DNA of 56,439 nt, filler included, from Dugesia japonica (lineage: Eukaryota): the NCBI GenBank assembly GCA_001938525.1. It is 5 parts of 5 records of this genome, joined end to end, with 100 filler letters (N's around TTAATTAATTAA, not from the genome) between each part and the next. Parts side by side here need not be neighbours in the genome. Positions count along the whole stretch, not along the records: positions 14,033 to 29,047 come from MQRL01404749.1; positions 29,148 to 38,690 come from MQRL01593011.1; 3 more parts are not named here. One strand, written 5' to 3'. Positions 24,250 through 36,330 of this stretch are shown here, piece by piece. The notes beneath the pieces are model-generated. The model had not been told where the DNA came from, searched no databases, and saw nothing but the letters and a program-made list of their open reading frames with translations. The translations under genes were made by a program, and so were the position numbers. Within the stretch, counting starts at the first letter, position 1; the number at the start of each line of letters is the position of its first letter.

Positions 24250-27200
24250 ATTTTTTAGGGTTTTACCTGAGTTGATGATAGAAAGAAACGCTGGCCGGGA
24301 AAAAAACGGCCCTCAAGGGGTCCCCTTCAAGAATTTAATCTAACGCCTCTAAGTTCGACATTCAGCGCAGAGCGGTTGACCATCAACCTTTACTGGAGGT
24401 TCACACTCGTACACCTTTAATTTGGGTCCTTTATTTTTCCTCAAAAATAAAACAAACAAAACAAAAATAATGTTCATGACAACATATATTATTTTATAAT
24501 TCACATTTCATTTAGAGCACTCGGGTCTAGCTACTGGGCAGGCTCTTCTGGAATAAAATTAAACAACGCCGAGTCGTCATTATCGTCCCATTGTAAACAT
24601 GACATGTTGCCTAATTGCTGAGACAGGTCGGAGATATAATTTTTAAAAAGTCTATCTTAGTTTGCAGGAGCTGCTTGGTTTGCGCTGCCAAGTCACTCGT
24701 TTGACATGTCTCTCTACCAATAATTTTTGTATCAGACGGTGACATTTCTTAAGGCTTGTTGGGAGTCGGATTCTTGGCACTAAAAGAATAAGAAATTAGA
24801 ACAGAAGGTAATTTATTTATCGCAAAAAATTAGTTAATCGGGGACCCCTTCACAGTCAATTGTATGAACGCAAACGAATTACTTTAGATACCCAACATTT
24901 ATTCAAAAACCAAAACGCAGGCTAGGGCCGCGAAATTTGTGTACCCCTGTCCACCATAAGGAGTTCAAGCGGCATTGCCTCTTGTAATTTGAAAACATCG
25001 TTGACCAATTTATTTTCTTGGTCTTGGTAGGGCCGGATGATCTCGGTGAAGGACTCGATCTGGGTCTTCCATATTCGTTCCTGGTTATGATAGGTCTCGG
25101 CCTCTTTCTTAAACGTTATGCACTTCTTCTTATAATGCTTTACCTTGGCCTCTGCTGACGCAGTAGAGGCTTACCAACGTCGCTTTGAAGTTTATATAAG
25201 TCCCATGTTATTTTCGTGTCATCGCTTGACTCTCTTAATTTTTTTGTGGGAGCTACGGCGCGATTTAATGAAGAATGCAGTAAAAATAAACAACATCACA
25301 TTAAGATAAATAGGGTATAACAAAACATGATAAAAATTGAAATCCTAACACTCAAATACACTTAGATTACGAAATTATTCACTAAGTTATTATAAAATAT
25401 GGATGTACGCAAAAATTATATTTTTTACTACACACATCAAAACAAAGAAATAAAATTAATAGAGATCAAATTCCGTTTGAGTCAACGTTATCATTTTCAG
25501 AGATTCCGCCTGCTGCCTGATTTTGCAGCTCCCATAGGTGCTAGTCACAGACTCACTTAGCCTAGTGTAAGGTGGTAGGTGCGCAGCAGACACTGGAATC
25601 ACTGAAGGTCCTTCCCGCCATACACTTACAACTGCGATCTCTTCATTATGTATGGGGGGAAACGCGGTAGCCGTATGATAAACCTCCCGCGACCGGTCGG
25701 GCCCATTGCACTAATAGTATGCGCGCCACTCAGTAGCATCCCACTCGCGTTCGTTCTCTGCTTTTTCTGCAGTTAAGTTTGAGTAGTCGGCCAGTACACC
25801 CCCATTTCGGTCATGAGGGTTTCAGTATCTCTTAAAAATGATTCTGCCGGTACGCATATTACAGAGCGTTTCCTATTTAAAGTCAATTTCTAATAATAAA
25901 AGAACCTATTAGGCAATTATACTAATTAATATGAATTGGTTAAATAACACAGTTAAGACTAGATAATTAAGCCTTTTATTTTTAAACAAATATAAATAAT
26001 AAATAACAAGGTATAACTTAAAGAAAAATCGCCGTTTCTCGTCTATGTCCACCTTTAAAGGTAAGGGGAACATCTCGATGAAACACTGCAAGTTGGTCTC
26101 ATCGGGATGTTCCGTCTCACCCCGAGTTAGGATGCGGGCTATTAATTGTTTTATCCGTGCAGTTTTTCTTTGTTTCCGAATTATTCTTAAAGCATGAATC
26201 AACTCGGTCATCATTCTCTAGAACATTAGCAGACAATTATGGTATTTCTAATAGAAAATATGAATTCTCGTGAATAATAAAAGTCCCTAGATCCCTTGCT
26301 CGGGGGAGACGTCAGCAGAAAAGATAATGTCTGATTATAACTGGTTGTTATTGGAACTCGTTGATCCCAACAAAAAATAGATCAATGGTTCATAAGAATA
26401 TTAAACCTCTGAAGGTGATCGGGTCCATTGAGTAAATTACTTTTAACAACTTATCCAGAATTATAAAATGGGGTTGATGATTTTAACAGAGGGAAATCTC
26501 CGACCATTACCTTCAATATAAACTAAGCTATCTATAGTGGCATTAATAAAATTTAATAATTTGTTTGCTCAATAATAATCGTGATAATACTGTGATAATA
26601 TCAATATAATAAGGATGAATTTATAGTAATACTAACGAAATCAATAAAATGATGGTTGTAATAAAAATAGTCTCTACCATAGTATAATAATAGTGCTCAT
26701 ACATAATAAAGATGTTGATGAACGTAAATTATTGTAAATAATAATATTAGTGACAATTGCATTGGTACGTAAGCTGGATAGAGGGCATTAATAATACGAC
26801 TAAAACACCCTTTTTGAATCATAATTTTAGTAGGATCCCTTCTTAGCTACTTCATAATACTTCAGCTTCGTGACAACGAAGGTTGCCTCATGGGCAATAA
26901 TTTATCTAGATGAAAATTAGGTTGACATGAATAATACATAATATATAATACATATCTACTGACCATATTAATATTTATCATGATAATTAACATACAATGA
27001 TGACGTTAAGCGTAATAATCATAATGACAGCCAAATCCCAATGGTTTACATAGTTATGTTAACATTGATATCTGTGGGGATATTCATCAATTGCAATGTT
27101 TAAAGTGTTGCGTAATAACTGACAAATTTGTTATTTTTTTGCAATTCATAAACCAACGGAATCATCTTTATTGCTTGTATGTTCATTCGGGTAGTAGATG

Positions 27201-28152
27201 AACAGGTATGTAAATTTAACATGCGAGAAACTGATTCCCCGGTGAAGCACACAGACATAATCGACTCACTTGTTGATAACAAAATTTTTGTTAACTCTTG
27301 TCCTATCCTAATTCATTTACACATACGCTTCAATAACTCATTGAGTAATGTTGGTTTACATCGAGATTACTGGATTACTGAAAGGTGTAGCATCGTTCTG
27401 TTCGTGACAGTTAAGATGAAATTAGCGTGGTGTGGTTGCATGCTAGTTCATGACTATACTACTTTATTGATTAGGAAAGAAACAGTTATGTGAATTTTAG
27501 TCGATGATTCGACATATCCTGGTATTATTCTAGATTGGTGTGTTAGTTGGTTATCGTGCAAACAATGCAGAAAATTGAAGAGACACAGGTGAGAGTCATC
27601 ATCGGGGATTCCGTGCTTCATCAAACAACTGAAACGGCTATTACTAGGCCTTAGTTGTGCATAAACAAAATGAGTGTGTCTGTTTTAATGATAACTCCGT
27701 TCAATGTTTTTGAGAAAAATTGACAATTACTTTTGCACTTTATGACCTCAAGATATTAAAAATAATTAATTCAAAACGATATTTCAGACTGAGTTAAATT
27801 TTTAATTAATTACTCATTAGTATTCTGTTACAACTTTCATTTAATATCATAGGCACATAATAATAAATTTTTACTCACTTATCAATTTATTCTGCAACGG
27901 GTGAATTTTCTTAACAGGAATTGATTTCAGTTAGAATTAGCTATAGACGTCTGCTGTGAATTTCTCTCATCGTGTAGATAAATTATTTTTCTTTTGAATT
28001 TGAATAGTGATTCCGATAAATTAATTTAATAGGAATAATGATCCTTACAATATAGATTATGACAAGGGAATAACCAATTTTCTTCGTAATAATTTTTTTA
28101 TGCGAATGACTCAATGTTATGTCACGAATAAAACTTAGTAAAAACACCAATT
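24250..28152 (-). mobile_element. Putative ~3.9-kb 3' LTR with internal ORF remnants (diverged relative of the long-LTR family, copy 4)
   Basis: The reverse complement of 24250-24430 resembles the LTR core (GGACCCAAATTAAAGG..GTCAACCGCTC..TTAAATTCTT..GGTAAAACCCTAAA). A purine tract GAGAAAATGAGAGAAAAAA followed by TTGGTGTTTTTAC lies at ~28170-28140, just downstream of an integrase tail. Confidence 0.5.
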
Positions 28153-28199
28153 TTTTCTCTCATTTTCTCGGGGGTTTAAATACCATTTCTGATGCAACT

Positions 28200-29047
28200 C
28201 AGCATCTTCGCCATTGGCTTGCTTTTTTTGATTCAAATTTCTTCAATTCCATTGGGATGACTTAAAATTCTACGAGTTTTTTAACATTTTCTGTTATGCC
28301 ATTGGTGTTTATTTTTGAAGTGACATGTGATTGTCATTTCTTTGTTCTGTTTTTATTTTTTTACCTCTGATTGGCCCATTCCTCCAACCCTTGTAGAAAC
28401 CTTCTAGATGGTGGTAAGATTTTCTATTGCCAAAATCTAAATACGTCGTCACAAATTCTTCCCGAATTTTTTTGTACCAAGCTCCTGTGACTTTCCTGAG
28501 CAAAGTTATTGGTGTAAAACGAATTTTTGACTAATTTTGCTTTATTTTATTTCAAAATTAATTAACATTTTTCTGGTAATTAATTGTTTTCCTTTAATTA
28601 TTTTCTTGACTTTTATTATTGATTCCATAATTTCTTTTAATTCTTGACATTGATGTATGTTAATTTTATTCATCCAAACTCTTTGTATTCAACTTTACTT
28701 TTTATTTTGTTCTTCTTTAATGGTTAGTTTCATCATGTCCTATGCATGGTCCTAATTGTTTTTTTTTCAAATAGTTGTAATGAACCTGTCGTTCTGTTTT
28801 ACCGACTTAAGCCCTTGGTTTCATTTTCTTCTTCAACTGGGTGTTTCACCCAAACATATTTATTATTTAAACAAAAATAAATTAATTGGTCAAATTAGCA
28901 GGTAATTTTGTTATGAAAAGTTTAGAAAAAGTGTTCAATGTTCAAGGTGTACAGTTGTTCATTTCTCGGAGGTGATGTATTATTTTAAAAACTTGTGTAC
29001 GGGTAAAGATGTTTGATTTAAGAGAGTGTTCGTGTATGAGAGCTGTT
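28200..29047 (-). mobile_element. Decayed Gypsy pol 3' part (RNase H/integrase tail)
   Basis: GPY/F-like LEGFYK in ORF 28309-28503 and weak RNase H-like fragments near 28950. Confidence 0.45.
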
Positions 29048-29147
29048 NNNNNNNNNNNNNNNNNNNNNNNNNNNNNNNNNNNNNNNNNNNNTTAATTAAT
29101 TAANNNNNNNNNNNNNNNNNNNNNNNNNNNNNNNNNNNNNNNNNNNN

Positions 29148-31370
29148 CATGTGGCCAGGTTCTTACACCTTTATCCTCAATTAATCTCTTATCATCATAA
29201 CCTGTTAAAGCAATCTTTTTTGTTCTATTAATTCGATTTCATGTTTATTTGATCCTTAACTATAATTAGTTTCATAAATTATTTCTTTTGGATTACTTAA
29301 AGCTTTATCAAATTCTTTCATCCCATCTCATTAAACTTAAAAACTCCTTTATGTCTTTTATCTAATTTTGTTTCTCCACGATTCTTAAATTCATAAGCAT
29401 AACTTTTTGATTTTATAAAATCACATTCAATTTTTTCGTTATTAGGTTTTTCATCTTTCATTTGAAATAAATTATTACATAATAAACTTCTTACTTTATT
29501 TAAATTATCTTGTCCAATTATTTCTTGTCCAATGAATTTTATATTTATTTTTTCCTTTTTCATATTCATAAGTAAATGATATTTTCTTTGGAACAAGATT
29601 TTAAAGATTTTAAGTGATTATATTTTCCAGATTGATTTGATACACATAATTGAAGAATCTAAAAATATAATTTTTCTAAATTCAAAAGAAATATAAACTT
29701 CATCAGTATGTGAAATTATTTTGTTTACTTTTTTTGGATATTTAGTTAATAATTTATTGAAAAATAAATGATTATCATAACTAGATGCATTATGAAAATG
29801 AAAAGGTATAAATAAATATTTAATTGATTTATCTTGCAAGTTACAAATTTTACGAGCATAAATTCTAAAGTTTCCATTGAAATGATCGTGATCAATAACT
29901 AGCTGATCAAATGAAATCTCTTTATTACAATATCTACATTTTTGGTTTGTAAAATTTGGATGGTTAGTTCCTCTATAATATGGGATTAATTAATTTTTTT
30001 CAAAATCACCATAAATTATAAAAAGTAATTAATTTGAGAAATGATTATTTTTAAAGGAATAATATTTATCAGTTTCAAAATAAACATTTGAAGAATCATG
30101 GTTTATACATTCTTTTTGATGATTAATTAATAAAGTTTTACTGTGATAACTATTTATACAAGATAAACACAATTCATTTTCATTTCTTTTAGTAATTACA
30201 AATAAACCAACATTTCTACACAAAATGTAATGACCTTTGTAAAATAATAAATTACATTTATTTATCACTTGAATTTGGATTAATTTCATAATGAGAAATA
30301 TATACAGGATAGATTTTAGCTTTAGTGGTTACTTCAAATACATTTAATTTAAAATCATTTATTTTTTCAAATATTTTTACATCATCAATACTTGCAGGAA
30401 AATTCATTCCATGTGTTTTTAATTCTAGAATAAAATTTTTATAAACACTTTCTCTAGTTTGATGATTTTCAAATACATGTTTATAAGCTAATATATAATA
30501 TATAAAACAATAATTATCATTATTTACAATATTAATTACACCTGGTTTTGTAAATGGAAATTTTTTATAAGTTGCACCAACAATTGATTGATATTTTTAA
30601 AGTTCGATTTTAAAATTAACAATAAGATCTAAATTCCATCCATTTTCATTTTGATCTTTACCTTCCATAAATCTTTGAAGTTGATTTATCAAATTATTTA
30701 CAATAATTTTTACATCACTTTTGATAGTAATTCTTTCATTATCAGAATATGAATTAAATATTCTTTCTTCATCTTCTTTGGTGTAATTACAATTTACACT
30801 CAATCTCAACATCATTTTCTTTGAATAATCAAAATATATCTCAACAACTTTAGGAATTTCTTTTTAAAAATAACTCATAAATTTAAAACATAATTGTTGA
30901 ATATTTTTTTTAGTTAATTCAATTTTACTTTAAAATATTCGATTTTATAATATTTAATAAATTTCAAATGTTTAAATAATTTTTGGGTTTCGTTCTTTTC
31001 AAAATCAATTACCTCATTACCAGGTAATTCATCAAATAATTTTTTAGCTTCTTTTTCTTTAAATTTCAAAACACGATCTTTGTGTATTCCCCTATTAAAA
31101 TCTGATTTTGCATGATTTTGTCTAGTAAAAGTTAAATCGCAAATATCCCAAAATAATGGAAATACACCAATCCCAGAACAGCCTCCATTACTTCCACAAT
31201 TTGTGGAGTTTTTATGTAATTGCAAGCCTTTTTCACTTGCTAATCTTTTGAAACAAATGTTACATGTGAAATAATTGTGTACCGATCTTGCACATGTTTG
31301 AGATCAGATATGCGACGAAAACCCTGCATTATTTTTAAAAGCGCTTCGACTTCTACTTGTGATATTCATT
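29148..31370 (-). pseudogene. Polinton/Maverick protein-primed DNA polymerase B remnant with internal deletion
   Basis: N-terminal C2H2-like motifs, VINIVNNDNYCFIY, IDHDHFNGNFR..CNL, FHNASSYDNHLF, IFLDS, QMKDE..KSKSYAY and a C-terminal KIALTGYDDKR. Confidence 0.88.
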
Positions 31371-33003
31371 TTATAGGGAATGAATTTTATTATATAAAAA
31401 TAACTACCTTAAGGTTATTTTTTTGAGTTTGAAGTTTTTACTATATAATTTTACTATATAATAAATCACTTTTTTCTGCATATATTCTTTTTAATATCAT
31501 TTTCATATTCTTCTGGTACTTTTACTCTTGTTAATCTTTCTTGTACCCAAGATGTTCTAAAATAGGATAATCAAAACTCAAGTTGTAAAATTGAATCAGA
31601 TTATAAATATATGAAGATGAATACTTAATTTCATTTTTATGCAATAGTTTTATTAATTCATTCATGACTTGTAGATAAAGATAATGCATTTGTCAACATA
31701 ATCTGCAGTATTAATCATTTACATTTAATTTATTATTATTTATGTATCCATCTAGAAATTTAATATTCTTTATAGCTTGAGGAATTTTACAATCATAATT
31801 GATGCAAGTAATATCTGTTAAATTTCTAGCCCTTTCTCTGAAAGATGAGAGAAACTCATCTTTGAATGGTTTATTAACAGGTTTCTTAATAACTGGTTCG
31901 GGTTCAATAGACTCTTTAATAGTTTCTCCATAAACTTGAGGAGGATTTAGAATTCTTTCAGTATGTAATACAAGTTCTTTCTTAAGTTTCCTAGGCTTTT
32001 ATGATAACTGGTTTTACAAAAGGTTTACTTTGTAAACTATAATTATTTCAATAATCATCTTCTTCTTGTTCCATTTCAGAATTTAAAACAATTACTTATT
32101 AGTCATTTGATTTTTTATTAAGATTTTAAAAATTGTTCCATTGCTTCTTTATCCTTTTATTTTGCTATTGCTACCAATTTCTTTTGTTCTTCAAGAGACA
32201 TTTCTATATTATATTTCTAAGGATATTTCACAATAATTTTGAATAGCTGTTAGTGAGGGACTAACTTTACTTAATCTTTTATCTTCTCTATCATCATCCT
32301 ATTCTTCTTCTAAAGGTTTTCCATACCATTCTTTATTTAATTCACTTAATGTTGTCTCTTTCTTTTTGTTCACATTGTGCTTTTGAGTTTTCTTTGGTTT
32401 AGTTTCTTTGGTTACTGGTTTCTTGGTTACTTGTTTCTTAACATGTTTTGTGGATTGTTTATAATAATTACAAATTATATTAATCAGTCTATATTTCATA
32501 GTTGCTTAACAGTCTTTACAACACAAGTCTTCATGTGATGTTATATAATCCCAAAACCCATGTTTGTCTTATAAAAAGTTTGTATAAAATGTTTTCATTA
32601 TCTTCAGAATAAAAGTAACCATTGCAAAGTTTGTCATACATGTGCTTCACCATTTTTTATCAACTAGTTTTGATGGTAATCCAAACAGTGTAAATATTAG
32701 TTATTTGAACTTGTAACCTAAATAACATTTATGTAATCTACCAGTCTGACACTCTTCCCAAAGCAATATTAACTCTCTCTGGTTTTGTTGGTACAATTGG
32801 TAAATCTTCTCCTTGTAATATTTCTGTTTTTCTTTTTAAATTTCTACTCACGGTTCTCCAAGATAGATCACAATTGTGTAATACTGGATATTCATTACAC
32901 AAGTTGTAATATTTGATGACTGAATTTTTGATTAATTAAGAAACTGTCAAGTTTATACGACTCTNNNNNNNNNNNNNNNNNNNNNNNNNNNNNNNNNNNN
33001 NNN

Positions 33004-33790
33004 TTCTTGATTGTATATAATCTATTTGATGACCAATGTTGTAATTATCTTTATTAGTCTTGTTTGAATTTTTGGTTTATATTTTTAAATTACTAGTTAC
33101 TTCTTCTATTGTTTTGGGATTAATGATTGGTTTATTTGTGTCTGAAAAGGTTTGACATTATTCGATTTTCGCCATGCTGCATAATTTTGAAGCATTGTGT
33201 AAGCTCCAATAAAATTTGAGATAGACGCTTATATAATTCNNNNNNNNNNNNNNNNNNNNNNNNNNNNNNNNNNNNNNNNNNNNNNNNNNTCTTGTTTGAA
33301 TTTTTGGTTTATATTTTTAAATTACTATTTACTTCTTCTATTGTTTTGGGATTAATGATTGGTTTATTTGTGTCTGAAAAGGTTTGACATTATTGGATTT
33401 TCGCCATGCTGCATAATTTTGAAGCATTATGTAAGCTCCAATAAAATTTGAGATAGACGCTTATATAATTCCATTTTTGAATTTATCAGCCGATCACTTG
33501 CCTGAGTCATTGAGATTGACGTTTTCGCTAATATGGCTTGCTTTAGATTTTTATAATGATCATTGGAATGTGGATTCAAATCATAGGACACGATTTTCCA
33601 AATATCTGGAGGCAACTTTGTGATCAGATGAAAAAACTTTGTTTTGGAATTTCGCATGTTGGAAAGGTCGAACGCTGCATCTACTTGTGTGAACTGATTG
33701 ATCAAAATTTTAAAATAATTTGGTATTTTCATCTGGATGTGATTTTCTTCTTTGCTTCAAACATCATTGTAGTTAATATCGAATGACATA
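33004..33790 (-). mobile_element. Gypsy gag N-terminal remnant
   Basis: FTQVDAAFDLSNMRNSKTKFFHLITKLPPD...YKNLKQAIL...RLSQILLEL is typical of an invertebrate Gypsy gag N-terminus. Confidence 0.75.
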
Positions 33791-34150
33791 ATTGAAATTT
33801 TTACTAGTAACATTATAAATAATATTATAACGTCTAAAACATAATAATCCCATTTCATAATCAGTATCTAATTCTATTAGAAATTTTAAATCAACTTCTA
33901 AATTATATCTCAAAGGGTTCCTTTTACCAACAACTAAAAATTGATTAGACATTTTTATAAATATGGAAAATTTACTGCGTCTGGAAAGTATTTATTTTTA
34001 TAATTATTATAAGCATCTTTGGTAATTAATTCTTCATTTAATAATTCTTTACATATAGATTTAGTTTCTTTGTGTAAATTATTATGAACAGCTTTTACTG
34101 CTGAAATTAATAATGTTAATCTTTCAAATAATTTTATTGGATTATTAATA
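33785..34150 (-). pseudogene. Maverick conserved-ORF C-terminus plus start of minor capsid (penton) ORF
   Basis: NNPIKLFERLTLLISAVKAVHNNLHKETKSICKELLNEELI matches the Maverick DPNELxxRLxLL..AGNN..EI motif. It is followed by ATG at 33952: MSNQFLVV..DTDYEMGLLCFRRYNIIYNVT. Confidence 0.65.
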
Positions 34151-34631
34151 GTAGAATTTAAAGTGAAGTTTAAAGTAAGATCCCCTTTAGTTTGAGCTTT
34201 GCGATCAAAACCTTCACCTTTAAAACCTTTTTTAAAAATAGCCTAAATAAAATTTTTATAATATTTAGAAGTAGAAAGACAGAAACGTAGCTAGGGGTCA
34301 TGGGAGGCAAGTGCCAAAAGGTGGTTTGAAATATTTGTATTGTGTATTTTTTGTATCGTTTTAATATGACACCTATCAAGATTGAAGGTTCGTCACTCTC
34401 TTGCAGTCCACTTTTTGTTATGCACTATCAATCTTATTGTGTAAATTTAATATTGCTAAACTTAGTTTATAGACTACAGATTTCGTAGCCTATGACCAGA
34501 AACCTACGTCTTATTTGGATATAGTATTTCGTTTGTATTACTTCTTGCTTGACCAATCACATGTTTCGTCTGCATCAGTTTTTTCTCTAGTCTTTACTTT
34601 AGTCGATGGTATACTATACAATACAAGTAAA

Positions 34632-36330
34632 ATGCTAGTCAATGAAGATGTGAATGTAAACGTTACGTTTCCCGATGAAAGTGAGATACATTTCCCTATA
34701 CACATGAATGACACATGGTGCAAGCTCCGAAAAAGAATTATGAAATATGAACAAACAAAAAACTCAGGATGACGAGGATTCAGTACCACTTTCATATTTA
34801 CAGTAAGATGACATTGTACTATTTTACAACCAAGAAATTGGCGAAGAATGGATGAGACTACCGATAAACGTTTTGGAGAATGGCTGGGTACAAAATAAAA
34901 AATTTATGTAATGGCTAAAGATGTGAAAGGAAAACGACCATGTGTTCTGGAAGAATTATGGAAAAGGAAAGCCCAAGAAATAGCAGAATTTTATGTATTG
35001 AAAATACATCCAATAATATTCAAAAAAGCAAGACTCACTAAACAAGAACAAAGAAAACAACGTGTAGAAATGGTGGCAGCCCTAACCAACACACCAGTGA
35101 ATGACGATAAACTAGAGGATAATTTACCAGAGCTCTGTAAATTATTAGTCGAGGACAAACTAATAAACCAGAAATAATAAGGAGATCTAATGTAGCTTTA
35201 CAACAAAGTATAGCAGTAGAAGACCTAAGAAAATTGAGGAGGCTGATTCTTGCACTCAAAACAAAACATGTATGGGATTCGATTCAATTCAGTAAAATCT
35301 TGGGTAAATGGCGAACATCAGAGATGGAACAACCTTCTCCGCTGCAAATCAAATTTAGAATAATTGATTCCGAAGGGGAGAAAACCCCGATCTCCATACC
35401 AGTCTATGCGACAGTTAAGCACATACGAGAAAAATGACCGTACAAACCATCCTACAGGTTGTTAGACGATGGGTGAGAGTAAGAGGAAACCACACCAATT
35501 GGGTTAATGAAGATAGATTTAATCCGGAGAAATACGTTGTGGATTTTTCCGGAACCAGGATCTACTCTCATTCGAAAGGATGCAAACCCGTTCAAAGCAG
35601 CTGACAAAACTCGCCCAATAAAGGGAAAAACCTAGAACAAATTAAAAGCATATAAACAGCGTACCCAACCAGCGGCTAGCCAAATTTTAAGACCTAGAAC
35701 TGACCAACCTTTCGAGAAACAAAGAGAACCCCTATTGCAGCACAAGAATGGAAACGTGAAATATTCGGATCACCATCAATAAATGAATTATCGGAGTGTG
35801 GCAATGAACTCCAAATCACAAGATACTCCCCTCCGGTAAGAACAGAGCCGGCACGAAGTATCAAATATGATGCCAGTAAAGTATATTTAGATGAAGAGGA
35901 TATACTAGAAGAACAGCCACTGTCACCAATATTAAGTAAAATTGCAAAGGAATTCCCATCATCAGTGATGGATGAATTAATGGATCAAAACCATCCATTA
36001 GAGATGGAAAACCCAATCAAAACGGAGGAAGACGGAAAAGCTTCGGAAACAGTACGAATGAAAATGGATGCGGGAAAGCTTACAGAACAAAGAAGCCGTG
36101 GTAGACCTTGAACAAAACCACCCGGAAACTCAGATGTAGAGGAAGCTTTAAAGCAAAAGAGATTAGCAACCTCAATGAACCACCAAACTAAGAGATTAGC
36201 AGCAGTATCTCAAGAAAGATATAGTGAAAATTCAGCGGAAGATGACATGCCAACTGAAGTAGTAATACGACAATTGTTGTTATCGTTATATCTGGAACTA
36301 AAAATATGGATTGGAAAATTTCAACTATCT
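34632..36330 (+). pseudogene. Disrupted long ORF with two ubiquitin-like segments and an AT-hook
   Basis: VNVNVTFPDESEIHFPIHMNDTWCKLRKRI and IKFRIIDSEGEKTPISIPVYATVKHIREK, plus RSRGRP*TKP at ~36092; coding-like A-rich composition throughout. Confidence 0.45.

Noticed and set aside
33004-33471. ~180-bp direct duplication (33058-33239 vs 33290-33471)
   Set aside because: Near-identical copies either side of an N gap; most likely a scaffolding overlap artefact.
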